From Fistulifera solaris (taxonomy: Eukaryota): a DNA stretch of 64,000 bases. The notes under the pieces are model-generated. The model saw only the letters and a list, made by a program, of their open reading frames with translations, did no database searches and was not told where the DNA came from. The position numbers and the translations under genes were made by a program. The stretch spans positions 1,240,001 to 1,304,000 of the forward strand of contig AP026125.1 of the NCBI GenBank assembly GCA_030295235.1, written 5' to 3'. Positions 36,202 through 49,745 of this stretch are shown one piece after another; position 1 is the stretch's first letter; each line of letters begins with the position of its first letter.

Positions 36202-39200
36202 ATGAGCACAACAAGCGAAGAACAAGCTATCAACCTGGCTTGGCCTCAAGATGTGAATATTTTGCGAAGACTCGTTCGGGGCACGAAAGGTGAAATTTGG
36301 GCGTTTGCTGCCGTCGATGACGATTCGGCCATCTACAATGTTGGATCGACCGAATTAATTCGCGAGTTCGATGACGGAGCTGTTCGTGCCATTGCTGTCT
36401 CGTCAGATGAGAAGCGGATTGCTGTCGGTTTCGATGATGGTTCGGTGAACATTTACACGGACGGAGCATTGAAGTCTTGCTTTGCGGCACCGTATCGTGA
36501 AGGGTTACTCCGCGATTTGAAGTTTCACCCTCGCTATCCCTACTGGCTTGCCGTTGCTTCCGAGCAAGAGACGGAGCTCATCAATATCGAAACGGAAGAG
36601 ACGGTGAAAAGTGAGGCTTTCTTGAAGGACGAAGTGATGACGGCCCAAAATGGTTCAGGGACTCGCTCCATTGAATTTCACGTCCACTCCGACAACAAAG
36701 TTATCATGACTACGCTATCTCTCGACGGTCGCCTTTGCTACTGGGATGTTTCTGGAAAACCGGAAGACTGGTGTTTGCTGCACTGCGAAAAGTCGCGCTG
36801 CATTACTAAAGAGGATTTGTCGGAAGTGTTGGGCGCCGATCCTTGGGATCGAGCTTGTCGTGTGTCTCACGCAAGTCTCTCGAATTACATGGTTTCGGTT
36901 CTGCCCGGTGAGACTTTTGTGCAATTGCGAAGAGTTGACGGAACGTCCGTCGACGACTGCAGTGGTATTGATGTAGAGCACACGGAAAGCATTGTTATTG
37001 CGTTGGTGCGCGGGCAGCAAGTGGTGACGAGTGGTCGCGACGGCTCATTGATACTATGGAACCTGAAACTGGATGAGGTAAGCAGCCACACATGTATACC
37101 ATTGTCAGAAAAAGATCACAACCTTACTTAATTTTATCTTGTTTGCGCAACAGAACCAGAGACCTGTGGTTGCATTAGAGAAGAAATTAGCGCAGTTCGA
37201 GTCCGCACCTACCGATTTGTTATGGGAAGGAGACAAGCTGTACGTCGCTTTGTCCAATGGAGCTGTCAAAGTTCTCTCCATGCCCGCTCAACAAATTGAA
37301 GTCGTGAGAGAGAACAATGCTACCGCTAAATCGACTGCAAAGGTTGTTGTCGCGGAAAGTGCTCCTGCAAAGGCAGATGATTTCGACGACGATGATGTCG
37401 ACTTTACCCACCAACCCACGAGAAATCCCTTTATCGATGACGAAGCAGCGGACGACGATGACGATGATGAAGGCTTGGACAACAACCCACACGCAAATGG
37501 CGATGACGAATACGACTCTGATACCTCGCCCCGCAAGGCGGCAGATTATGATGACGATGATGTCGACGATATGGACGACGGCGACTACCCTCTGCAGCAA
37601 GCACCGGTTATGTTCGGAGCCAAATTACCGAAACCACAAGCACCGTTCGGGCCTTCCGCGACACCAATCGATCTAGCGCACAGAATCCTTTGCTGGAATC
37701 ACATTGGAACTGCCGTCTGGCATCGGGGTGAAGATGACATTCGTGATTCCGTTGATATTACGTTTACGGATTCCGCATTTTCGAGGCCTATGCGATTTAC
37801 AGACACGGCTGGGTTTATCCTCGGCTCCTTGGGAGAAGACGGGGGCATCTTCTGTACAGATATCGCCCAATCCGATGACAACGACGACCCTGACAATCAA
37901 GAGGTCGCTGAAGTTGTAGCTGGCTTCCGGATGGATGTCACAAAGGCCACTCTGAAGAAGAAGAAAAGTGGCGCTGGATCCACAATTTACTTTCATCGCT
38001 TTGAGTCTTTGGGTTCTTTACGTGACAAAGATTGGTACTTGACTTTGCCAGATGGTGAACGCGCCGTGGGCTGTGCAACAGGAGAAGGATGGGCTGCTGT
38101 TATCACAAGGTAGGCAATGGAATGGTTCGCTGCTGTCTCGTTTCGCAAATGCATCTAACCGCCTACGTTGCTCTAGTCGTCGATTCCTCCGCATTTTTTC
38201 TTCGGGTGGTAATCAAGGTGGAGTCATTTGGCTGGATGGCGAACCCGTGACTGTGGCAGGTCGGGGACGTTTCGTTTCCGTTTTCTATCATCGGTGCGCT
38301 CCCCTTCCCGATGGAACTCAAAAGCTTGATTATCTGGTATACGACGCCATATCGAATAAAACAGTGGCAAAAGGACCCCTCTCGTGTTTGTGCACTGGGT
38401 CGTCGCTTTCCTGGGTTGGATTTATGAATGACTTCTCGCTTTTGGCTTTTGATACATCGGGTATGCTTTCCATGCTAGCGTCGAGATGCGGTGATGCGAT
38501 CTCCAATCCTGGATGCTGGGAATGGGTTCCAATTCTCGATACTGTTGGGCTGCGCAAATCTTCTGATGATAGCCACTGGCCGATAACAGCGATCGACGGT
38601 AAACTTGTGTGCGTTCCACTGAAAGGTGGGGTCCAATATCCAGATGCAACTCGCCGTCCGGTAACCGCTGCCCTGGGCTTTCGTCTTCCTTTGGTCAAAG
38701 GTGAATTATCCACCGCGTAAGTATCTTTCGTCTATTCAAACATTTACTATTTGAGCTGTCGATCTCACGCCTTCTCCAGAAACGCTCTTGAGGAGTTGTC
38801 GATCCGGGCTGACTTTTCACTTTGCCAAAAGAAGGTTATGAATGAGATTTCTGCAGCCGAGGAAAATTTCGAAGAAGAGTATGTCGCTCTTTCTGCACAG
38901 GTGGTAGGTCCCAAAAGAGTTCCTTGGTCGTTCAAGTGCACTGGGTTGTACTCTAATTCACTGTTCTGTCGTTTGTTTCACAGGATAAGGTCGTGCTGAA
39001 ACTATTTGCGGAGATCGTTCAAACGGGTAAAGTAGATCGTGCTCTCGACTTGGTCGATCGTCTTCGCCTAGAGAAATCTTACGAATTGGCAATAAAATTG
39101 TCCGCGGGGCACCATAAACTTGCGAATTTGATCGAGGACGCGAAAGAGGACAAGTTTGGACGTGCTTTTGCCGATTCGCCCGAGTACTTTACCCGAGAAG

Positions 39201-39319
39201 AAGATGATGTCATAGAGTCTCAGAGACGAATTACTCCCGACGCCCGCCCAGTAAAACGCGCCATCGTCAATGATTCGACACAAGGAGCACGACAAGTTCG
39301 AAACCGACAAGTCTACTAG
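36202..39319 (+). CDS. WDHD1: WD40/SepB replication adaptor (WDHD1/AND-1/Ctf4/Mcl1)
   Basis: N-terminal WD40 repeats, acidic linker with FIDDEA, QAPFGPSATP...RILCWNHIG and W..TLP.GE.....A.G.GWAAV.TS.RFLRIFS.GG.Q (SepB/Mcl1_mid). Four introns (~37078, ~38110, ~38717, ~38902). Confidence 0.9.
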
Positions 39320-39863
39320 GATTAAAAGGTATTATAATATAATATGCAGCCACCATAATTACCCTAGTTTTTCATTGTAGATCAGGTCGTAGGGTTGAGG
39401 GTAGACTTTTATTTCCGGAGTACTGAGTAATACTTCGTATTACTCCGTATAGGTGCTGGGCGAACGGGCTCATCCAGCGCATGCACTATACTTCGTATCA
39501 ATTGAGAGTGATTCATGACTCTTTGCGTTTTAATTACATTACGAAAGGTTTTTTCAATAATAAAGAGATGGCAACATGAATGGATGTGAGCGTAAAAGTG
39601 CCCTTACTCATGACTAAAACCAGTCGGGCGAAAAGTCGGATACACGTTGCGCTACTGTCGCGCATATGAGTGTCATACCGGTATAAGTCTCACACATCCT
39701 CGTCTTTGTCGAACAGCATCGAAGATTTTTTGCGAAGACAATGATTTTCGATTGCAACCATGGCATCAAAGAATGAGAAAGGCAGTATATAGGACGGCGT
39801 TGATCCTCATTTATGTATGAAAGAGGTTGAAAAGTCAGGAAACTTAGTAGCGCCCTCAACAAC

Positions 39864-41122
39864 ATGCACAATATTGTCAATCACGTAGCACACGCCATCG
39901 ACGTGGACGACGTCGCTCGCCGTATCAACTGGAACGATGTCGTGCAGCGCATTGACTGGAATGAAGTTGTGCGACGAATTGACTGGAGTGAGGTTATTGA
40001 TCGCATAGAGCTGAATGATGTGATTGACCGCATTGATCTGAATCATCATCTCAATCGACTCGATGTTGATGCACTTGTTCGTCGCGTCGATATTAACGAA
40101 CTCATTGATCGATCTAATTTGCGTACGATTGTGGCACGATCCAGTACGTTCATCGAACTTTGAAATTAGTTTCGCAATGTATTCGATCTCACACCATTTT
40201 TGCAAAGCTACTGGGCTTTTTTCGCACTTGGTCGACGCTTTTCGAGCTCAGGGTATTCGAACCGATCAAATCTTGCACGATCTTGGAAGGTTTCACTGCT
40301 GTCGTAGATTTGGTTTCGGCGCGAAGCGAGTTCTTCCGCCGGAGCCAGGGAAGGGAATAGACGATGTCGTTTGTCCGCATCATATCTCAGCTTTGGCGGA
40401 AGCTGTTCAGGGTCGTTGTGCTGGATTGGTCTCCCGATTCGCTGCCTGGGTCTTGGATTCTTTGATTGTACTTGGGAGTTTTGCTATTGGTCTCTATCTA
40501 TTCACCCAACTAAGTAATTTGGCTTTGAAGTATATCGAAGGCGACGCCAACTTGAGAACGACCTTTTCAGAGTTTTTCAATTCGACTCACCTCGATGAGA
40601 ACCAGAAAGAATACTTTTCCTTCAAGCAATTGGAAGCATTGTGGGGTGCGGTTATCTTATATTGGTAAGGGAAAATGTGCAGAGATTGAGCTAAGTGCAC
40701 TGCTATGTTTCTTTTCACTCACACAACATATTAGGTGGGGTGTTTGTTACAATTTTATTGCCCTCGCAGCGGTTGGACGAACTCCCGGAAAAGCGATCAT
40801 GGGCTTGTTAGTTGTACGCTCCAATGGCCGACCTTTACATGCCACACAGGCTTTACTAAGGGCTATGATTACATCCCTCGTCATTTTCGTTGCTTTGGCG
40901 ACTCCTTTGGGATGGGGTAGACGCGACCGGCGACAATTGCACGATTTGGTCGCCTGCACAACTGTCATTTACGCATGGGACGTACGCTCTTTCCGATTGA
41001 GAGAAGCTGATTTGACTCCCGTGGAGCGTCTGGAACCAACGTATGGAAGTTTCGAGAGTGCCGAAAGCTGGGATGAAAATCAAAACATTCAAGACTCGTA
41101 TTATTTTCCTCTGCACCCTTAG
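39864..41122 (+). CDS. RDD-family membrane protein with N-terminal 9-aa repeats (start uncertain)
   Basis: AGLVSRFAAWVLD, GRTPGKAIMGLLVV..NG and RRQLHDLVACTTVIY are RDD signatures. About 8 repeats of RIDWNEVVR type. Introns at ~40144-40207 and ~40665-40734. Confidence 0.8.
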
Positions 41123-41931
41123 CCATTTGCCCGGTTACAACATGATATCTTTATTGAGTCACTGAGGGAAACAATCAACTGATTTGATTCAATGATAATT
41201 ATAACTAGCAAGCATGTAAATAAGTTGCGATGATGATGATCTGTCGTGATACGGGCATTTAGATCCGGCGTAGCCTAGCTAGAGTTGGCCGTTTGTTACC
41301 GGGAGTGAGAATCGGTTGGGTCGGACTTCGGAATTCGTCATAACTCTACACTAGATATGATAGTAATGATTGATGTGACACCGAGCGGTACTAACTTGTA
41401 CTGCATCACTGTGAAAGGGCCTGCAAAAATGCTAATGCGAAGTATTGGGCTAAAGTGTACTCTAAATGCAATTATGACCTTGAATGTTGAATGAACCCGT
41501 GCGTTCCACCGTTCCACTTCCACGAGGGTTCGTTGTTCGCTCTCGTTGTGTGTCTGTGGGACTCGACACTCGACGTCGCTTGCCGCCGCGGCAGCGCGGG
41601 CTGTTATTATTGACAACACTGAGCCGCGAGGGTGGAGATGATCAAGTATTATTCACTCCGAGGTGTAATCATTCGAAAGTCTCGAAAGGTTAACGAATCA
41701 TCGTGCGCATACAGTTTCGGAAAACAAGTGTAAAGCGGAAGCTTGGATCCTCTTTCGTAGGGGAACTGTCAAGTTGTTGTTTAATCGATCAATTTAGACC
41801 CGAAACGTTCACCGGGTTGTAAGTGTTTGCTATGCGTTGCACCGTGAAGCAAATTTTTTTGACGAACGCTTTTCTAACGAGAGTGCCTGTTGCCTTCAAA
41901 GGTTGGCTTGACCCTTTTGAGAAACTGAAAA

Positions 41932-43446
41932 ATGTCGTCCCTTAGTGAAGCGGCGGAGCCTACAACTCAACCACACATATTGAGGAAGAATGAATCTGAT
42001 GAAAAACTAAGCACTTTGGAGAAGAAAATCGAGCCAACTGCCGACGCATTAGAGACTGAGCAGCCTATCAAACAGGAAGTCTCCGCTGTTCCCTCACCTC
42101 CTGCTTCAGGGGCGACGAGCTCTTCATCGAAAAATGTCTCCAAGTCGAAAAAGAAAAAAGGCCAATCTGCAACGACAGAAGGTGCGTCCGGCCAAGGTGC
42201 TGCTTCATTAGCACCTGGGGAAAATACCGGTCGGTGGACTGCCGAAGAACACCGCTTGTTCTTGCAGGGCCTCGAACAGCATGGGAAAGGATGGAAGAAG
42301 ATTGCGTCTCTCATTAAATCACGAACGGTGGTGCAAATTCGAACACACGCTCAAAAATACTTCCAGAAACTGGCAAAGGCGCGCCAGAATGGAGAAGAAG
42401 GTGATATTACAATGGAAGGGCGAGGAGGGAACGCGTCTATTACTTCGAACACGACTGCAACAGCTGCCATGACAAACAAGCGCCGCCGCCATATCACAGG
42501 AACAAAGCGCAAAGTGATACAGTCCATAGTGGCATCTGCGCAACGACAAGCAAAGAAGGCGCATTTAACGGAACTTGGGGATGCGGGTAAGAGTCCTGTT
42601 GTTCCAGGCATTGCTCCTGCTCTAGCATACTTTGTCACGCCCACTCCGTCTTCAGCAAGCCCCGATATCGACTTGTTGACCGACGATCATATTTCTGGTC
42701 CGGTCCTGGAAGATTCTCTGTAAGTAACATTCATTTGAGTCCCACAAAGCGCGTGACAGCAATGTCTCACCTGTTGCATTCGACGCAGCTTCAGATTTTT
42801 GACGCCGGTCCCGATTGCATCCGACCATGTCAATGATGTCGCTCGTCAGGCGGGCGCGAATCCGATCACGCTGCCCTCTACGAACAGTCACGCATTGACA
42901 TCAGTACCAGGGAGCTCACCAACTGGAGTTCAGGACTTATCCATCTATCCATCATGGACCGACGCCAAAGATCCCCCTTCTTGGTACGCCAAGGGAGCAG
43001 ACGTTGATGCTCTTCTCGATGTTTCCGACACTCTTGATTGGTTAGCAGACACAGGTGATCTTGACGAAGATTATCAACCGCAAGCGAATGATGTTGAAGA
43101 CTCTAGTTTCAGTGGACAAGGCGGGCACCACGAAATGGGCATATCCAATGTGAACAACAACACTAGCGTGACTTCGCTTGCACACGTCGACCCGAATATG
43201 GTTTCTGTGGTCCCTCCGCTTCCCTCTCTCTTCGAAGGCAATCCTGATGTTGTAGAAGAGGAGCCAACTATTTCGAAAGATACAACCGCAATTGCGATGG
43301 GAGATGTTTCGCTCCATATTTCTCCAGGCGATCCCAGTGCTGAAGCGCTTCAGGTCTTTGATAGTCCTATGGAGGAGCAAGAGTTTGTGTCAACATTATT
43401 GGAGACAACTCCCGAAAGTAGTGACAATCTGGCCGTTTTGAGTTAG
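41932..43446 (+). CDS. Single-repeat Myb transcription factor (SHAQKYF class)
   Basis: GRWTAEEHRLFLQGLEQHGKGWKKIASLIKSRTVVQIRTHAQKYF. Intron ~42720-42788. Confidence 0.93.
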
Positions 43447-43613
43447 CCAAATTACACGGAGGCGGACACGCTGCTTCATTTTGGAAATGATACGTATTAC
43501 ATAGACAATTCATGTTCTGATAGGACAAGTATGTTTGATATGATACCTAGAGTATAGCAGCCCACACTACAGCGCAGTAGGGTTAACATCCAAAGGACTC
43601 CGACTTCTATTTC

Positions 43614-46124
43614 TTATTTTGCTGCGGATTGTTTGGCTTGACTTTGCTTGTTGCTTGCGTCACTCTTATTCGTCCCCTTTTCGTGATCTCGCATCGGTTT
43701 CGTATATTGATCGAAAAAATCAACAAACCTTTTAGCATATTCATTTGGAGGGACGCAGCTCGCTTGAGATCGATGAGCGGTAAAGGATCTGTATCTGGTT
43801 TCGAGCACTTTTCTAGAATTGTATTCCTGAAGGATGTCTATTATACCCATGTAGAAAATCTTTCCGCCGTAGAGCTCCTCTCCTTGAGGTCCTTGAAAGC
43901 GTAGCGGCAATTTCAGCCCAGTCGTATCCATTTCAAAGCCTTTATCTTTCCTATTTGATAGTGGAGGAACGAACTGAGGAATGTTATAACCTTCCAAGAG
44001 CTTGCGATCTGGGGCGCAGATGCACGGCTTTTGGGAACATGTCGCGCACAGTTCTGGTCCCACTCTTCGGTGCCCGTGAAGGTCAAAGAATCGCTGAAAA
44101 GGCCAATATAGCTTCTCTATTGTTTGTTGTTTCTTTTGTTGAACCTCAATGCTGGAAGGTTCGTCTGGTAACTTGCTTTCAGTATCTTCCAAATAACTGT
44201 TGTCATCCTCCTCCAAACCGTGATGGTCAAAGAAAGCTCCCACAACCTCGCTCATACTCCGCGCCTTTCTTGAATCGTAAGTGTCATTACTATGAGACGC
44301 TAGAGCGTCCACCAATTTGGCATGGTCCATAATTTCTGGCTTGTCAGCTGAAGCTTCTGCGATTTCAGGAGAACCAGCATCCGAGTGTGAATTGTTGATT
44401 TCCAAGTTTGAGTTAGGTGCCGCATTCGACAAAGGTGCTGGTCGGAATCCCATGGTAGCTAATGTTGAAGCCTTTTTGTGTGACAATGGGACGTGATGCA
44501 CTCCGACGAGCATTGAATAGTCCATGATCCCCATCGTGGTCAAAAACGTCGTGTCTCGAACTAGTTGCTCCCTCATTGCAGCACGCTGCTGGGGGTTGAG
44601 GGACATTGCTGATCCAGGAAGACCTCGCCGCAGATCATTATCCTTTTTAACACCTTGACCGGGCTTTGCATCGCGACCCGTGACGGATCCTTTCAGATCG
44701 TAAAAAGATTGTAAAAACTTATCGGTATGGTAAACGGAATTCATGATAACAAATTTCATTTCGCGCCTCAAATGATACAGCTTTACACGATACATCCCGA
44801 AAAAGCGTGTGATCATGGTATTCGGATTCTCCGCACAATGTTTGAAATAGTCAGGCAGTACTTGAATAAAAAACAAATGGCTGAGTATCCAGGCGTTACA
44901 AAATTCAGAGCACATCAATGACTTACTCCGACGCAGAAATTTACTCTCCGCATTCGTCATGGTCTTAATCATGTACTTCCCGTCACTCGAATAGAAAAAG
45001 AACTGCCCGCTTTTCGCGTTTGAAATAAACTCAATAAAGTTGGCGTTTCCACAAACCGACAGCAAAAAATCGAACTCATTGACCCCAAACATGCGACGTA
45101 AGTATGCGAAAACAACCGGGGCATAGTCTTTGAACTTGAACGTGTGCGCGAGCATATGCGGTGGTGTTAACGATCCACCTTTGGGACGAAATTCGTACTT
45201 TTCGTCGCCTTTAAAATCCATCGGTCGAACCCATCGGTGACCCGTTCCGCTATTCAGTTCCGTGTTCGTCCTTGTTATGGAAGTCCGCACTCCGATCATG
45301 ACTGCAATAGAGAGCGTGTATAACTCGTGCTCTCCGTCTATAACCTTACCACGAACGTATGATTTTTGTTTCACCACTTTCTTACTGTCGGTTCGTTTTC
45401 GTTTCCAGCGTAAAAGTTTAATCAAATCATGAGTATCCACTTGCTCGAGCACTATATTTCGAAAAAGACCGGTGTCAGAGAAAGTCATTTGCATATATAA
45501 AACTGATGGGTCAAGAATTTGCTTACCTTTCTTCCCCGCCTCGGCTGTACCAGCCACCACCGGAGCCGTAATCGTAGCCGTTGTGACCTCCTTGGCATCT
45601 GTTCCATTTTCATCCGTCATTTCCGCCGACTCGTCAATGATATCCAAAGGACTCGATTGATAATCCGCTATACCACCTTCTACCGTCGGCGGAAGCCGCG
45701 GCGGTTTCCCTCGTACCACTCCGTTTTTGCTGCTAAGACTAGCGCGTTTGACGATTTTTCGGACGGTTTGTAAATGAACCGCACGGGCGGCTTTGCCCAT
45801 GGTCGATACTTTGACATTGGCGTTGGCTCGGAGCGCCGCGGCGGCCGGACTGTCATCATCAATATGCAGAGGATCTATATCGACCATGACGTCGATTCCA
45901 TTGTTGGTAACGCCTTCATTGATATCGTATTCAATAATTTGATAGGGTCCCTGCCCCGAATGCCCCGATTTATGCGATGTCGTGTCATCATTTGCTCCTC
46001 GTTCTCTCGTATCGAAACCATCTAAACTGTCATCCATAGAAAAGGAGGAACGACTGCTTGCGAAAAATTCGGAAGAAGTCTTTGGCTTTGAAGCAGAACC
46101 ATTGCCACTTTTTCGTGTCGACAT
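43614..46124 (-). CDS. PIP5K: Phosphatidylinositol-4-phosphate 5-kinase
   Basis: FKFKDYAP.VF..LR..FG, SNAKSGQFFFYSSDGKYMIKT, YDLKGS..GR, KDND, IMDYSMLVG, MGIIDILQEY. A 66-nt intron at 44861-44926 is read through in the ORF track; splicing it gives FLRRILPDY. Confidence 0.96.
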   Translation of the reverse strand: MSTRKSGNGSASKPKTSSEFFASSRSSFSMDDSLDGFDTRERGANDDTTSHKSGHSGQGPYQIIEYDINEGVTNNGIDVMVDIDPLHIDDDSPAAAALRANANVKVSTMGKAARAVHLQTVRKIVKRASLSSKNGVVRGKPPRLPPTVEGGIADYQSSPLDIIDESAEMTDENGTDAKEVTTATITAPVVAGTAEAGKKGKQILDPSVLYMQMTFSDTGLFRNIVLEQVDTHDLIKLLRWKRKRTDSKKVVKQKSYVRGKVIDGEHELYTLSIAVMIGVRTSITRTNTELNSGTGHRWVRPMDFKGDEKYEFRPKGGSLTPPHMLAHTFKFKDYAPVVFAYLRRMFGVNEFDFLLSVCGNANFIEFISNAKSGQFFFYSSDGKYMIKTMTNAESKFLRRSKSLMCSEFCNAWILSHLFFIQVLPDYFKHCAENPNTMITRFFGMYRVKLYHLRREMKFVIMNSVYHTDKFLQSFYDLKGSVTGRDAKPGQGVKKDNDLRRGLPGSAMSLNPQQRAAMREQLVRDTTFLTTMGIMDYSMLVGVHHVPLSHKKASTLATMGFRPAPLSNAAPNSNLEINNSHSDAGSPEIAEASADKPEIMDHAKLVDALASHSNDTYDSRKARSMSEVVGAFFDHHGLEEDDNSYLEDTESKLPDEPSSIEVQQKKQQTIEKLYWPFQRFFDLHGHRRVGPELCATCSQKPCICAPDRKLLEGYNIPQFVPPLSNRKDKGFEMDTTGLKLPLRFQGPQGEELYGGKIFYMGIIDILQEYNSRKVLETRYRSFTAHRSQASCVPPNEYAKRFVDFFDQYTKPMRDHEKGTNKSDASNKQSQAKQSAAK

Positions 46125-46667
46125 GACCGCCCGAATGGAAATCGAATTATATTGATTGCGTTTGATTTTGAGAGGCGCGGATCACGTGACAAGTATGTTG
46201 AATGACTATTAAGGAACAACAAGCTTCAATGGCGCACAAGACATTATAAATAGTGATGTTTGGCACTCATCAAACAATTATGGTTGAACGAAAGGCAAGA
46301 TGACCATCATGGTTCGCGAGACGAGCATCGGCTCTCGCTAATGTTCTCACCTTAACCCCGACCCTAATACTTTACGTCAGAAAGCTCGTTCACTAAGCAC
46401 CCGGATCTTCAAGAAGTCGTTGTGCGACACCAGAAAACACGGACAAGGAGACAGCGGCTGGACCTCGCACAAAACACGACGACAAAGAGTGCTGCCCATG
46501 CCGCTCATTATCATTCTTTCACTGCGTTGTCTTCTTGTCTTCTGGCTGCTTGGTGATCGCTTTTCGAAAGGTGCATTCTTTTCTTCGTTATAAGACTGGT
46601 TGGTGAAGCGAACCGATCAAGTGAGAATAGCCTGTGATCAAGTTTTCCGAAACAGAGAACAAAAACA

Positions 46668-49645
46668 ATGCCGGTCGACGACCTCGAACTCTTCGATGCT
46701 GCCGATGACACCTTCAAAGATTCGTCGCCCGACAGAAAAAGATCGTATTTCGATTCCAATGCGCTACTTGGAAATGTGCTCGATACCGAAGACGACTTGT
46801 TGGCGAAGCGACCGAAAACGGATACGGCGGCCAATCGAAAGTCCGATCAATGGGATACGATGTTTTTACGATTAGTAGCTTACAAGGCGGAGAAAGGAGT
46901 GAGTGAAATTGCAGAAGCATTTTTAATTGCGAGTTGCTGTTTCTAAACGTTGCTATGCATGACTACAGGATTGTTTGGTTCCGAAGCGATACGCACCTGA
47001 TCCGAAACTGTAAGTAATCAACAGTGAACAAGATCTGGGTTGCCATCACTGTCACACTCATAACCGTCCGCTTTCACTCATGATTTAGTGGAACTTGGGT
47101 CGAAACGCAGGTAGGTGTTGTGTCTTGTAAACCTGCTTTGGATAGACACCGGGAATACCTCTCTCTGACAATTATATACGAACGCAGAGAGTTCAATACA
47201 AGCGATTGCAGCGAGAGTATGACGCGGCAATGGGAGTCGAACAAGTGCAGCCCAATAAACGACTCGACCAGACGCGCCTCGAAAAGCTAAACTCGATAGG
47301 TTTTGTATGGTCCGCGAAAACCCCACGAAAGCCTTCACCCCTCCAGGATTCCAGTATCATTCAAGAGAATGCGACTGCTATGCCTCCCAAGTCGAAACCA
47401 AAGAAACCAACTGTCGACGGCAAAGATTCGTTTACTCGTGAGGAAGATCAGTGGCTCGATATGTACGATCGTCTTGTCAAGTACAAGGAGGAACACGGCG
47501 TAAGTAGATCGTTGTGGCGCCCGTCTTCTTCTGCCAAAGCAACGGACTCAGTGCATTGAATTTTTCAGGACACTCTTGTACCAAGAAAATATGACCTGGA
47601 TCCACGCTTGGGAGCGTGGGTGGAACTGCAGCGCGTGTTATGGAGTAGAGATTTTCGAGAAACCGGGGACGGTACTTCGGAACCGAAAACGGGAGGCCAA
47701 ATAGACGACGCACCCGAAGCAGTAAATTACGATATTGGCATCAAAGAGGAAAAGGACTTTTCGGTTTTTGACCCTGGTACTACTATGGAGCGTCCTAATA
47801 GTATTGCGGATTGTGCGAGAGCGGAAAATATTCTTCAGCACACGACAGAGGCGTCCATTGCTGCTGCCATCAGCGAAGGTCTGGAAAGCATGAACAACCC
47901 AACAGAACTAAATCGTCTTTCCGTGGAAAAGAAAGCGAAGTTGGACGAACTTGGCTTCGTTTGGTCTCTACGCAACAAACGCATTGACGATCATTGGGAT
48001 GAAATGTTCGGCCAGGTAAGAGTGCGTTTCTGAAGAGAACGAGGTTGGCGTGTTGAAATTTTCTCACAGGCCCCTTAGCTCGTCGAGTACAGAAACCAAC
48101 ACGGCGACTGTCTTGGTAAGCTTGTGTGCATCGACGTACCGAGTACGACTCTGGTTAACAATCTATTCTTACGTCGTTTCGTCTACTTTAGTGCCTTCCA
48201 GATATGAAGAAAATCTCAAATTGGGGAAGTGGGTTGAAACCCAACGCTATGAATATACCAAACTTCTGAGGATGTCAGCCACTGATTCAACAGAAAGCAA
48301 CGAGAACAAACGAGTTACGAATCCCCGTTTAACAGAAGAGCGCCGTCGGCGTTTAGAATCAGTTGGGTTTGAGTGGAAAGTGCGCAATAAGATGAAGCGC
48401 TACTATGACAAGCAGTGGGATCAGATGTTTGACCGCCTCGTGGAATTCAAAGCAAAGCATGGCCATTGCCTAGTACCAAAGCGCTACCCAGATGATATAA
48501 AACTAGGAACGTGGGTCCACACACAGCGAATTCAACATCGAAAGCTTTTAGAAGGGAAAAAGAACAATCTTTGCGATAACAACGACGACGCGTCACAGTT
48601 CTCTGACAAGTCAGAGGATGAAATTAATTTCCGACTTACCGAGGACCGGCGCAAGCGGCTAGTTGATATTGGTTTTGTTTGGAGTGTTCGAGAGGCAGAG
48701 CATAATTTTCAGGCTAATCGCATCGTGCGAACGAGCTACGATGATCAATGGGATGCTATGTTCAACTTGCTGAGTGCTTACAAGGAGAAGTATGGCGACT
48801 GTTTGGTTCCCAAAAGATATAAGGAAAATCCCAAGCTCGGGACATGGGTTGACACGCAGCGCGTTCAGTACAAGAAGATGAACAAGAGGGTTGAAGGTGA
48901 TGCAGGAGTTGCCAATGGAATATCGGGTGGGAAAGGTGGAGGGCGACTCACCGACGAACGCATCCGACGCCTGGAAGACATAGGATTTGTGTGGTCGCTT
49001 CGCGACGATTGGCAGAAGCACTACGACGAACTCATAGAGTTCAGAAAAGAAAACGGACACTGTAATGTTCCTGCGCGTTATTCAAACAATCGACGTCTTG
49101 GTATTTGGGTCAGTGCACAGCGCCAGCAATACAAATTGCTACAAAAGCTAACTCTATCTGAAAAGCGAAACGTGCGTCTCAACGAAGAAAGAATCAGACT
49201 TCTCAACAATCTTGGTTTTACGTGGACTATCCGCTCCAGGGCGTTTGGCGAGGATTGGAATCAAAGACTTCGTGAATTAAAACACTTTCAAATAGGTCAC
49301 GGGCATTGTAACGTACCGATGTTCTACCATGGAAATTCTGAACTTAGCTCCTGGGTCGAACAGCAGCGGAAACTGTATCATCAGTACATGGCATACATAA
49401 GAATGACGAATGACATTAGAGCCAAGAATCATGAAGTCAACGACTTGGAAGCTCCGTATTGCGATGAGAAGATTCGGATTCTCGATGACATGGGTTTCGA
49501 CTGGAAAGAAAGGATGGAACAGAGTTGCGAAAATTCATCTGGGATTGACGCACTTCAAAGAGCGAGTTCCCTCGCGTCAGCCCAGCTCAGTGAGATGCCG
49601 AACGCTCATGATCAATTGTACGATTCAATTTACTACAGTGTTTAA
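46668..49645 (+). CDS. Helicase-associated (HA) domain repeat protein, about 7 domains
   Basis: Repeated W..M...L..YK..HG.C.VP..Y..NPKLG.WV..QR......RL..ER...L..IGF.W motif. Multiple introns, including micro-exons at 46969-47009, 47089-47110 and ~48080-48115. Confidence 0.92.
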
Positions 49646-49745
49646 TGTTTCTCTTAACGCGTCCAACGTTCGGAAACCAAACTTTACGTTCCTGTCGAAT
49701 ACTAAAAAACATTCATTTACCTAACAGCGTCGAAAAGGCATTTTA

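Noticed and set aside
44861..44926. 22-aa insertion in the PIP5K catalytic domain
   Set aside because: It is a stop-free 66-nt GT-AG intron. Removing it restores FLRRILP.
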